A DNA stretch of 64,000 bases from Thermodesulfovibrionia bacterium. Lineage in GTDB: Bacteria; Nitrospirota; Thermodesulfovibrionia; Thermodesulfovibrionales; SM23-35. Position numbers and translations under genes: made by a program. The notes beneath the pieces are model-generated. The model had not been told where the DNA came from and did not search any database. It saw only the letters and a list, made by a program, of their open reading frames with translations. The stretch is from assembly GCA_041500225.1 (NCBI GenBank), contig JBGQLV010000001.1:10841-74840 (forward strand), in the 5' to 3' direction. Shown here in pieces: positions 28,918 to 38,835 of the stretch. Numbering within the stretch: position 1 is the first letter of the stretch; every line of letters starts with the position of its first letter.

Positions 28918-29158
28918 ATGAAGATTAATCGGTTTGAAGACATTGAGGCTTGGAAAGAAGCAAGGGAATTAGTTAAAGTCTGTTTATAAATTATGACTTA
29001 TATAATCTGTCATTCCCCGACTTGATCGGGGAATCCAGTGTTTTCAATAGGTTCTGGATTGTCCAGTCAAGCCGGACAATGACAAAATACGATTTTATGG
29101 ACAGACACTAATAAATGGCTTTATAAGATATTTAAAAAGTTCAGACAGAAAAAGATAA
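28918..29158 (+). pseudogene. Remnant of a four-helix-bundle (23S rRNA intervening-sequence protein family) gene; its middle is replaced by a miniature element
   Basis: 5' piece MKINRFEDIEAWKEARELVKVCL* matches the family N-terminus (compare the intact copy at 34616). 3' piece ...LINGFIRYLKSSDRKR* resembles the family C-terminus. The MITE at 29009-29083 lies between them. Confidence 0.45.
29009..29083. mobile_element. 75-bp miniature inverted-repeat element: two hairpin TIRs of the GIY-YIG element separated by 15 bp
   Basis: GTCATTCCCCGACTTGATCGGGGAATCCAG (identical over 30 nt to the reverse complement of 32737-32766) + tgttttcaataggtt + CTGGATTGTCCAGTCAAGCCGGACAATGAC. Confidence 0.8.
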
Positions 29159-29160
29159 CA

Positions 29161-29550
29161 TTGAACGTTGAAGACATGGATGAGTCACAATTCAAGACCC
29201 TTCGGGAATTAGCAAAAGACGGAACGCTTTCACAGCGCGATCTGTCAAAGAGGATGGGCTTAAGCCTGGGAAGGGTAAACTACCTTGTTAATGAATTGCT
29301 TAAAAAGGGCTACATCAAGGCAAGGAGATTTAAGAATTCAAAAAATAAGATAGGATATATGTACATTCTTACCCCAAGGGGCGTAGCCGAAAAAATAACA
29401 CAGACATACAGATTCCTGCACAGAAAGCTTGATGAATTTGATAGATTAAAGCACGAAATAGAGATACTTAAACAGGAAAATAACGAAGATTTCCAGAATA
29501 ACCATAGAAATCATGGAAATCGTAGAAACCAGAAAAACCAGATAAATTAA
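29161..29550 (+). CDS. EPS-associated MarR-type winged-helix regulator
   Basis: LSQRDLSKRMGLSLGRVNYLVNELLKKGYIKARRFKNSKNKIGYMYILTPRG is the pattern of MarR-family EPS-locus regulators. TTG start in the track; ATG alternative at 29176. Confidence 0.7.
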   Translation: MNVEDMDESQFKTLRELAKDGTLSQRDLSKRMGLSLGRVNYLVNELLKKGYIKARRFKNSKNKIGYMYILTPRGVAEKITQTYRFLHRKLDEFDRLKHEIEILKQENNEDFQNNHRNHGNRRNQKNQIN

Positions 29551-29610
29551 CCAAAGGAATTTCGAATTCCTAAATTCGTAATCCCTGAATCCCTGAATTG
29601 TAAATACTGA

Positions 29611-29781
29611 ATGAAGAAGCGGAAGAAGGTTAAAAAAAACAGAAACCTCTCCTATTACTTTTCCCATTACTTTAATAAACGTTCGCTTAGAACAATCTGG
29701 AAAAAACATTGGGAAATAATTATTACGATTATAGTGGGGTTGATTATCGGAGTTTTTATATTGCCTAAATTATTCAGATAA
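29611..29781 (+). CDS. Small (56 aa) basic N-terminus + C-terminal TM protein, paralog of 28489..28629; not in the ORF track
   Basis: MKKRKKVKKNRNLSYYFSHYFNKRSLRTIWKKHWEIIITIIVGLIIGVFILPKLFR. Shares the IW.K.WEII..II.G.IIG..ILP..F[KR]* block. Differences from the paralog are synonymous or conservative. Confidence 0.55.
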   Translation: MKKRKKVKKNRNLSYYFSHYFNKRSLRTIWKKHWEIIITIIVGLIIGVFILPKLFR

Positions 29782-29873
29782 CAAAACTGAAACAGGTTGT
29801 TCGATAAATAATGAAGTATAACTATTAATAGAAAGTAATGATAAAGAATGACTATGAATAGAGGTGGTCAATT

Positions 29874-32070
<2,197 letters not shown>

Positions 32071-32178
32071 GCCCTATGCGCCGTGCGAGTTGAAACAAAG
32101 AGTTTCCAGCCGTAGGGTCACTTCCAATGCGAAGTATTCAATTCCAGCGAAGCTCAATTCCAATCCCGAGGATTAAAT

Positions 32179-32337
32179 TTAGTGAAACCAAATGAACCAG
32201 ATAACCCAGAATGTCAATAGCAAAGATTTGACCCCATTGCAGCACCCTTAGTGAAACCAAATGAACCGGATAACCCAGAATGTCAATAGCAAAGATTTGA
32301 CCCTATTGCAGCAGAATTTGACCCTATTGCAGCAGAA
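32179..32337. repeat. 69-bp direct tandem duplication plus a further 21-bp terminal reiteration
   Basis: 32179-32247 vs 32248-32316 differ at only a few positions (ttagtgaaaccaaatgaacc[a/g]gataacccagaatgtcaatagcaaagatttgaccc...). tttgaccctattgcagcagaa is repeated again at 32317-32337. Confidence 0.85.
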
Positions 32338-32411
32338 TTTTTGGTATGATTACCTATAGGGGGGAAGGGGCTATTACAAGACGAATCAAATGGGATGTTA
32401 AACATGTTGTC

Positions 32412-32766
32412 GTCATTCTCCGGCTTGACCGGGGAATCCAGACTTATATGGAAAAGAATTTTTACGTTTACATATTGGCGAGTCGGCGAAATGGTACTTA
32501 ATATGTTGGAGTCACCTCTGATTTGATAAAGCGGGTATGGGAACACAAGAATAAATTAGCGGAAGGGTTTACAGAACAATATGATGTAAACAAACTTGTC
32601 TATTATGAGCATTTTCTGGACGCCGAGAATGCCATCAGAAGAGAAAAAAGGTTAAAGAAATACAATCGCAAATGGAAAACTGACCTTATTGAAAAGGCAA
32701 ATCCGGAATGGAAAGATATGTATGAAGATTTAATATCTGGATTCCCCGATCAAGTCGGGGAATGAC
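32412..32766 (+). mobile_element. 355-bp element: 31-bp hairpin-forming terminal inverted repeats enclosing a GIY-YIG nuclease ORF
   Basis: Left GTCATTCTCCGGCTTGACCGGGGAATCCAGA (32412-32442). Right TCTGGATTCCCCGATCAAGTCGGGGAATGAC (32736-32766). 28/31 complementary, and the 3 differences preserve the intra-TIR hairpin pairing. Confidence 0.75.
32448..32765 (+). pseudogene. GIY-YIG (UPF0213-type) nuclease gene interrupted by in-frame TAA at 32499-32501
   Basis: MEKNFYVYILASRRNGT*YVGVTSDLIKRVWEHKNK...: the canonical FYVYIL...G.LY[IV]G.T..L..R...H motif is broken exactly where Leu (TTA) is expected. The track only reports the downstream TTG-initiated part (32523..32765). Confidence 0.7.
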
Positions 32767-32820
32767 TTGATTTGTTACAAGAATGACCAGCACTCTTACG
32801 CGAAGAGCACGATTCCGATT

Positions 32821-33426
32821 ATGAAAACAAATCATGTAGTGTGGGATGACAGATATGTAAAAAGGGCAGAGAGAAACCGCCTAAATAATCACAAGAGCGG
32901 GCTCGTGTGGTTTACCGGACTTTCTGCCTCTGGAAAATCCACTATTGCCCATTGTGTGGAGAGAGAGTTATTCAGCAGAGGTATACACACCTATGTCTTT
33001 GATGGCGATAATGTCCGTCATGGGCTCAATAGTAATCTTGGATTTAGCCGGGAGGACAGAAGAGAAAACCTCCGCAGAATTGCTGAACTTTCAAAGCTCT
33101 TTGTTGATGCAGGAATACTTGTCTTTGCAGCATTCATATCACCTTACAGGGAGGACAGGGAATATATAAGGAAGCGATTTGATGGAGATAATTTTCTGGA
33201 GATATATGTGAAATGTTCTGTCGAAGAATGCGAAAGACGTGATCCAAAAGGTCAATATAAGAAGGCAAGGGCAGGGATAATTAAAGAGTATACAGGTGTC
33301 TCTTCACCTTATGAAGAACCGGAAAACCCTGATCTGATTTTAGATACGGAAAGATTTGATATCGAAACCTCGATTAAAAAAGTCCTTGCCCTCCTTAATG
33401 GAAAAAAATTCGTTTCCTTCAAATAG
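32821..33426 (+). CDS. cysC: Adenylyl-sulfate (APS) kinase
   Basis: P-loop GLSASGKSTIA, FDGDNVRHGLN, AFISPYREDR. Start moved to ATG 32821 (the track ORF starts at 32767 inside the element TIR). Confidence 0.88.
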   Translation: MKTNHVVWDDRYVKRAERNRLNNHKSGLVWFTGLSASGKSTIAHCVERELFSRGIHTYVFDGDNVRHGLNSNLGFSREDRRENLRRIAELSKLFVDAGILVFAAFISPYREDREYIRKRFDGDNFLEIYVKCSVEECERRDPKGQYKKARAGIIKEYTGVSSPYEEPENPDLILDTERFDIETSIKKVLALLNGKKFVSFK

Positions 33427-33502
33427 TAAATTGATAACTCAACACCTAACACTTAACACTTTACATTATGTAAACGCTACGATTCACGCTTCACAGTTTA
33501 TT

Positions 33503-33556
33503 CTCTGCGCTATGCGCTTTGCGCTGTGCGCCTTGCCCTATGCGCTATGCACTTTG
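33503..33556. repeat. Degenerate heptanucleotide tandem array (CTnTGCG period 7)
   Basis: ctctgcg ctatgcg ctttgcg ctgtgcg ccttgcc ctatgcg ctatgca ctttg. Confidence 0.8.
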
Positions 33557-33584
33557 TAACAATCGCCTTTAATTTTTAACCGTT

Positions 33585-34442
33585 ATGCCTAAAGGACAAG
33601 ACACTCAGCAGTGGACATCAATCATCAGACCTGTCTCGGGCTGGTTCGACATCCATCTCGGTGAACTCTGGCGATATCGTGACCTGGTCATGCTTTTTGT
33701 CAGGAGGGATTTTGTGGCTGTATACAAACAGACCATACTCGGCCCTCTCTGGTTCCTTTTTCAACCACTCTTTACCACGCTGGTATTTACTGTAGTTTTT
33801 GGCAGGATTGCAAAACTCTCAACAGACGGACTGCCTCAAATTCTCTTTTATTTGTCTGGAATCGTGGCCTGGAATTATTTTTCAGGTTGTCTGAATAAAA
33901 CTTCAGATACATTTGTTGCCAATGCCGGGATATTCGGAAAAGTCTGGTTCCCAAGGCTTGCTGTCCCGATCTCGATTGTCATCAGCAGCCTCATCACTTT
34001 TGCAATTCAGTTTTTATTGTTTATGGGATTTTGGTTTTACTTTTTCATAAACGGTTCAACTATCAACCCTCAACCTTTAATCATGCTTTTACCATTCCTC
34101 ATAGTCCAGATGGCTGCGTTAGGGCTTGGCTGTGGCATCATAATTTCATCATTGACAACAAAGTATCGTGACCTGACGCAGCTCGTCGGCTTCGGTGTTC
34201 AGCTCTGGATGTTCGCAACTCCCATTGTTTATCCAACCTCGCAGATACCTGAACGATTCCAGTGGATCATCGCCCTGAACCCCATGTCACCAATCATCGA
34301 AGTCTTCCGATATTCATTTCTGGGTGCAGGAACCATCAACCCTTCGCATATTGCCTTGAGCGTTTTGACTACGATGGTCATACTGTTCATCGGCATCATT
34401 TTGTTTAGCCGTGTTGAAAAAAGCTTCATGGACACCGTTTGA
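33585..34442 (+). CDS. wzm: ABC-2 type polysaccharide export permease
   Basis: N-terminal LWRYRDLVMLFVRRDFVAVYKQTILGPLW signature, then six TM helices. 285 aa. Confidence 0.85.
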   Translation: MPKGQDTQQWTSIIRPVSGWFDIHLGELWRYRDLVMLFVRRDFVAVYKQTILGPLWFLFQPLFTTLVFTVVFGRIAKLSTDGLPQILFYLSGIVAWNYFSGCLNKTSDTFVANAGIFGKVWFPRLAVPISIVISSLITFAIQFLLFMGFWFYFFINGSTINPQPLIMLLPFLIVQMAALGLGCGIIISSLTTKYRDLTQLVGFGVQLWMFATPIVYPTSQIPERFQWIIALNPMSPIIEVFRYSFLGAGTINPSHIALSVLTTMVILFIGIILFSRVEKSFMDTV

Positions 34443-34615
34443 AGCGCAAGCTTTAGGCATAGCGCACAGCGCAGAGTGCATAGAGTAAAGAATACAAACA
34501 ATGCAGAGAGCTAAATACATAAAGCCGAGAGCTAAGGAAAAGATTGCAAAGAGGACTGAGCATATTATATACCTTCGTTACACTCTGCTCTATGCCCTTT
34601 GCGCTATGCTTTCCC

Positions 34616-34975
34616 ATGGTTAAATTTAGATTTCAGGACTTGGAGATATGGCAATTGGCAATAGAGATAGCTGATGAACTTTTTGATATTGCTGATGAAC
34701 TTGAACGAAAGCGATTATATCGATTTGCAGAACAACTCAGAGCTGCTGGAATGAGCATGTCTAATAATATTGCCGAAGGCAGTGGATCAAGTTCCAAAAG
34801 AGAATTTCATCAGTTTCTAAATATTGCACGTCGGTCAACTTTCGAAAATGCCAACATTTTGATACTTCTGAATAGGCGAAAACTTATAACTGATAGCAGC
34901 CTGGAAATGCTTCATGAAAAACTCGATCATCTATGCAGAAAAATCACCAACTTCCAAAAGTCGTTACACAGATGA
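34616..34975 (+). CDS. Four-helix-bundle protein (23S rRNA intervening-sequence protein family) inserted between wzm and wzt
   Basis: MVKFRFQDLEIWQLAIEIADELFDIA...SNNIAEGSGSSSKREFHQFLNIARRSTFE is the family pattern. Start set at ATG 34616, since the upstream part of the track ORF is repeat-derived. Confidence 0.75.
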   Translation: MVKFRFQDLEIWQLAIEIADELFDIADELERKRLYRFAEQLRAAGMSMSNNIAEGSGSSSKREFHQFLNIARRSTFENANILILLNRRKLITDSSLEMLHEKLDHLCRKITNFQKSLHR

Positions 34976-34982
34976 GACGTTA

Positions 34983-35093
34983 TTCGCTATGCGTTGTTGC
35001 CGTTACGCTATGCGAAGTTGCCGTTGCGAAGTTGCCCTATGCGCTATGCACCGTTTGGAGTTCGCTTTGCGATGTACGCTATGCGCTATGCGA
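34983..35093. repeat. Long degenerate heptanucleotide array (CGCTATG/GCCGTTG words)
   Basis: cgctatg cgttgtt gccgtta cgctatg cgaagtt gccgttg cgaagtt gccctat gcgctat gcaccgt ... acgctat gcgctat gcgac. Confidence 0.8.
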
Positions 35094-35132
35094 CTAACTT
35101 TTAACCTTTAACCTTTCACTAATCACGAAGTC

Positions 35133-36026
35133 GTGAGCGATAACATTTCAACAGTTCAACGCTTCAACCATTCAACGTCCTCTGATGTCGTTATAAGTGT
35201 AGAGGGCCTCTGGAAACAGTACCGGTACGGCACCATCAGCCATGCTTCTCTGCGCAAGGACATACAGAGCTGGTGGGCAAGGGTGCGCGGCAAAGAAGAC
35301 CCGAATTTGCCTGTTGACTATGAGCAAAGCGCAAAGCGCAAAGCGAATAGTTCTGACGCTATGCTCTCTGCCCCGGGCGCTATGCACGAAGGAGATGATC
35401 GTTTCTGGGCCCTCCAGGATATCTCTTTCGAGGTGAAACAAGGTGAGGTTCTCGGAATTATTGGCCGTAACGGAGCAGGCAAGTCAACGTTACTGAAGAT
35501 TATGTCGAAGGTAACTACTCCGACAAAAGGTCAAGTGAAAATCAAAGGACGTGTAGCGAGTCTGCTTGAAGTTGGAACCGGATTTCATCCCGAATTGACC
35601 GGTAGAGAAAATATTTTTTTAAACGGGGCGATACTCGGGATGACGAAAGAGGAGATCAGGAAAAAATTCGACGAGATCGTCGCTTTTGCAGAAGTCGAAA
35701 AGTTCATAGACACTCCGGTAAAGCGATATTCTTCAGGTATGTATGTGAGACTGGCTTTTGCGGTTGCGGCTCATCTTGAAACGGAAATTATGGTAGTGGA
35801 CGAGGTATTAGCCGTTGGGGATGAGGCATTTCAGAAGAAATGCCTCGGAAAAATGGAAGATATAGCTCAAGCTGGTAGAACAGTGCTTTTTGTGAGTCAC
35901 AACATGGCAGCAATTTCAAGAATGACAGAAAGATGTGTTGTAATGGATTCAGGCTCAATTAGCTTTAACGGGGCAACCGGGGAGTCCATTGAGTATTATA
36001 TTAGTGAAAAAAGTGAAGCTCCTTAA
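35133..36026 (+). CDS. wzt: ABC polysaccharide export ATP-binding protein, carrying an in-frame repeat insertion and no C-terminal glycan-binding domain
   Basis: Walker A GRNGAGKST, signature YSSGM, Walker B IMVVDE. GTG start. N-terminal ISVEGLWKQY typical of Wzt/TagH. Confidence 0.85.
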   Translation: MSDNISTVQRFNHSTSSDVVISVEGLWKQYRYGTISHASLRKDIQSWWARVRGKEDPNLPVDYEQSAKRKANSSDAMLSAPGAMHEGDDRFWALQDISFEVKQGEVLGIIGRNGAGKSTLLKIMSKVTTPTKGQVKIKGRVASLLEVGTGFHPELTGRENIFLNGAILGMTKEEIRKKFDEIVAFAEVEKFIDTPVKRYSSGMYVRLAFAVAAHLETEIMVVDEVLAVGDEAFQKKCLGKMEDIAQAGRTVLFVSHNMAAISRMTERCVVMDSGSISFNGATGESIEYYISEKSEAP

Positions 36027-36222
36027 ACAGGCCTGGGTATCAAAAGATGAATGGTTTGTAAGCTTGATAGCTTATGTGAGAACCAACGTCCCCAAAAGTC
36101 TTAACGTTTTCGATTTCGGTGGCTCCTTCCAATCCGAAGGAATAACTTGATAAACCAAATAAACCGGTACGCCATGTGCTATACGCTATACGCTATACGA
36201 TGTTATACTTTAAAGAGAAAAT

Positions 36223-37530
36223 ATGGACCTGATTAAAAGAATCAAATCACGAGAGGCTAAGGTCGGCATCATTGGTCTCGGTTATGTCGGACTGCCTCTT
36301 GTCATCGAATACTGCAAAGCAGGCTTTAAAGTGACAGGTTTTGACGTTGATCCTGTAAAGGTAGAAACCCTCCAGCAGGGTAAGAGTTACATTAAACACA
36401 TCGACTCTTCACACATTATGCCTTACGCCTCACGCTTTACGCCAACCAACGACTTTAGTCGGTTGTCGGATATGGACTGTATCATCCTGTGCGTGCCTAC
36501 TCCGCTCGACAAAAACAGGGAGCCCGACCTGTCTTACGTATTCAGTACAACCGGGACAGTCGCTCAGTACCTGCGCAGAGGACAGCTCATCGTACTTGAA
36601 TCTACGACCTATCCGGGTACCACCGATGAGGACATGCGGAAGATCCTTGAACGGAGGGGTCTTAAAGCAGGGAAGGATTTCTTTCTTGCATATTCACCTG
36701 AACGTGAGGATCCCAACAACAAAGAGTTTTCAATCAGGAGTATTCCCAAGGTTGTTGGCGGGTATACAGGGAAATGCCGGGTTGCTGCTAAAGCCCTCTA
36801 TGATTCAATTGTCGAAAAGACAGTTCCCGTTTCTTCCACAAAGGTTGCTGAAGCAACAAAGCTCCTCGAAAATATCTACCGCTCGGTGAATATTGCGCTG
36901 GTGAATGAAATGAAAATACTCTTTGAACGGATGGGGATTGACGTCTGGGAGGTCATTGAGGCATCGAAAACCAAGCCCTTTGGTTTCCAGGCTTTCTATC
37001 CCGGACCCGGACTCGGTGGCCACTGCATCCCGGTCGACCCCTTCTATCTCACATGGAAGGCGAGGGAATACGATTTCCGGACGCGGTTCATTGAACTCGC
37101 TGGTGAGATCAACACAAATATGCCATATCATGTGGTACAGAATGTGGAACTGGTTCTGAACAGATTCAAAAAAGCCTTGAATGGTTCGAAGATTCTCATC
37201 CTCGGGGTGGCTTACAAGAAAGACGTCGACGACCAGAGGGAATCCCCTGCGCTACGCATCATGCAGATTCTGAGGGGCTATGGTGCAAAGGTGCAGTACC
37301 ACGACCCCCATGTGCCTGTTTGCCAAGGCCACAGGCACTACCCTGACATCGACATGAAATCCGTGAAGCTGACAAAAGAAGTCCTGAAAAATTCCGACCT
37401 CGTGCTTCTTGTCACCGACCATACTGCATTCGATTATGCTTTCATCGAAAAATATGCAAAATGCGTTGTTGATACACGTAATGCATTCAGGAAGAATGGG
37501 ATTAATAGCAGGAAGATATTCAGGGCATAA
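36223..37530 (+). CDS. UDP-N-acetyl-hexosamine 6-dehydrogenase family (WecC/WbpA/TviB-like nucleotide-sugar dehydrogenase)
   Basis: N-terminal GLGYVGLP Rossmann motif, catalytic GGHCIPVDP. 435 aa. Confidence 0.8.
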   Translation: MDLIKRIKSREAKVGIIGLGYVGLPLVIEYCKAGFKVTGFDVDPVKVETLQQGKSYIKHIDSSHIMPYASRFTPTNDFSRLSDMDCIILCVPTPLDKNREPDLSYVFSTTGTVAQYLRRGQLIVLESTTYPGTTDEDMRKILERRGLKAGKDFFLAYSPEREDPNNKEFSIRSIPKVVGGYTGKCRVAAKALYDSIVEKTVPVSSTKVAEATKLLENIYRSVNIALVNEMKILFERMGIDVWEVIEASKTKPFGFQAFYPGPGLGGHCIPVDPFYLTWKAREYDFRTRFIELAGEINTNMPYHVVQNVELVLNRFKKALNGSKILILGVAYKKDVDDQRESPALRIMQILRGYGAKVQYHDPHVPVCQGHRHYPDIDMKSVKLTKEVLKNSDLVLLVTDHTAFDYAFIEKYAKCVVDTRNAFRKNGINSRKIFRA

Positions 37531-37574
37531 CGCTTGTTCGCTTGTGAAGTTGAGACGCGACCCCTATCAAAATT

Positions 37575-37748
37575 ATGAATAATAATCAAACAATAAATTA
37601 TCTGCGTATTAAACCATCTCGAGGTTGGGTTTCACTTAAACTAAAAGAACTTTGGGGATATAGAGAACTGCTTTATTTTCTTACATGGCGGGATGTTAAA
37701 GTCAGATATAAACAGACAGTAATAGGCGCTGCGTGGGCTATTATTATC
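37575..37748 (+). pseudogene. 5' fragment (about 57 codons) of a second wzm-type ABC-2 permease, truncated at a composition junction
   Basis: IKPSRGWVSLKLKELWGYRELLYFLTWRDVKVRYKQTVIGAAWAII aligns with residues of the intact Wzm (33585..). Similarity stops at about 37746, where G+C visibly rises. Confidence 0.7.
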
Positions 37749-37931
37749 TTGTCCGCATCAAGGACGTTATTCTTCGTCACGGCAAGAGACTTATGGCTTT
37801 GTTTCGGCAAGACGCCTCCGCTGTTACACGGGCGCAATAAGAAGCGCAGGGATATACTCTTGCTGACTGGCTCGCATCGAAATAATTTGGGCATAAGGTA
37901 GAATAAATATTTCAGTTTAAGGAGAATACAC

Positions 37932-38651
37932 GTGAAATTACTGGGCACACTTAAATCCCAACTTCGACGCGTCAAACGCATTATCCTCATCTTGGTAAAT
38001 AGTCGGCTCTACTATCGTCTGCGCTGGGGGTTATATAGGTACATCGCCTATGCACATCGAATCCAAGGTTGGACAGTAGGCAACGAGATGATTGCACTGG
38101 CGCATGCCAGCTACCAGCTGCCCTCGGATGCGGTTATTGTTGAAATCGGCACGTTTCTGGGCAGATCGGCGGTGTTGTTAGCTGGCGCACGAAAGCTACG
38201 TGGCAGCGGGAAAGTTCATTGCGTAGATCCATTCAATGCCTCCGGTGATGCTGTTTCAGTACCTTTTTACCGCGCTATCGTTGGCGCGCAGCAAGAATCC
38301 CAGCGACAACGGTTTGATCAGAATATTCATCGCGCTGGCCTGACGCAGTGGGTGCAAGTTCACCAAGACACTGCGGAGACGATCGGGGCCAGTTGGTCAG
38401 AGCCCATTGATATGCTCTTTCTAGATGGGGACCAATCGCCCAAAGGCGTTCGCGCAGCCTACGAACAATGGTCGCCATGGCTTAAAGTGGGAGGGATATT
38501 AGCGGTGCACAATTCATCGGAGCGTATCTACGCCGAAGGGCATGATGGTCACCACCGCTTGGTTGTAGAAACGGTGCGCCCACCCCAGTATGCAGATATT
38601 GTCAGCGTTGAGACCACCACGTTTGCACGTAAAATAATGGAGATACCGTAA
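37932..38651 (+). CDS. Class I SAM-dependent methyltransferase (Methyltransf_24-like)
   Basis: VIVEIGTFLGRSAVLLA...LFLDGDQSPKGV...GGILAVHN. GTG start after AAGGAG. Confidence 0.65.
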   Translation: MKLLGTLKSQLRRVKRIILILVNSRLYYRLRWGLYRYIAYAHRIQGWTVGNEMIALAHASYQLPSDAVIVEIGTFLGRSAVLLAGARKLRGSGKVHCVDPFNASGDAVSVPFYRAIVGAQQESQRQRFDQNIHRAGLTQWVQVHQDTAETIGASWSEPIDMLFLDGDQSPKGVRAAYEQWSPWLKVGGILAVHNSSERIYAEGHDGHHRLVVETVRPPQYADIVSVETTTFARKIMEIP

Positions 38652-38835
38652 GTCTAATTGATTCATCCTCCGCTAATATCCAGATCGCAGGGAAATAAAC
38701 AAGGAGCTCCTATAGACCTGACCCTGTTGTGTGTGTGCAACAGGTCATCGGCGGAACGATCCGTCGCGGGGTCATCGAGGGTGTCTGATTTGGTGTCTAT
38801 AAATAACAGAACAAAGATAAGGGGGGTATTAAGCC

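Noticed and set aside
33356-33559. ORFs translating as ALCAMRFALCALPYALCTL (also 34229..34520 minus, 34914..35111 plus, the N-terminal part of 34544..34975, 35242..35436)
   Set aside because: Their 7-aa periodic sequence is simply the heptanucleotide tandem arrays read as protein. No start context. They are treated as repeats.
36028-36153. 42-codon open frame (QAWVSKDEWFVSLIAYVRTNVPKSLNVFDFGGSFQSEGIT) just after the wzt stop, possibly a frameshifted remnant of a Wzt C-terminal glycan-binding domain
   Set aside because: No start codon, a different frame from wzt, and I cannot recognise the peptide as a CBM from memory. It would need a profile search.
37575-37901. 108-aa ORF taken as an intact gene
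   Set aside because: Only the first roughly 57 residues resemble an ABC-2 permease. The rest is unrelated sequence after a composition break. Called as a truncated pseudogene instead.
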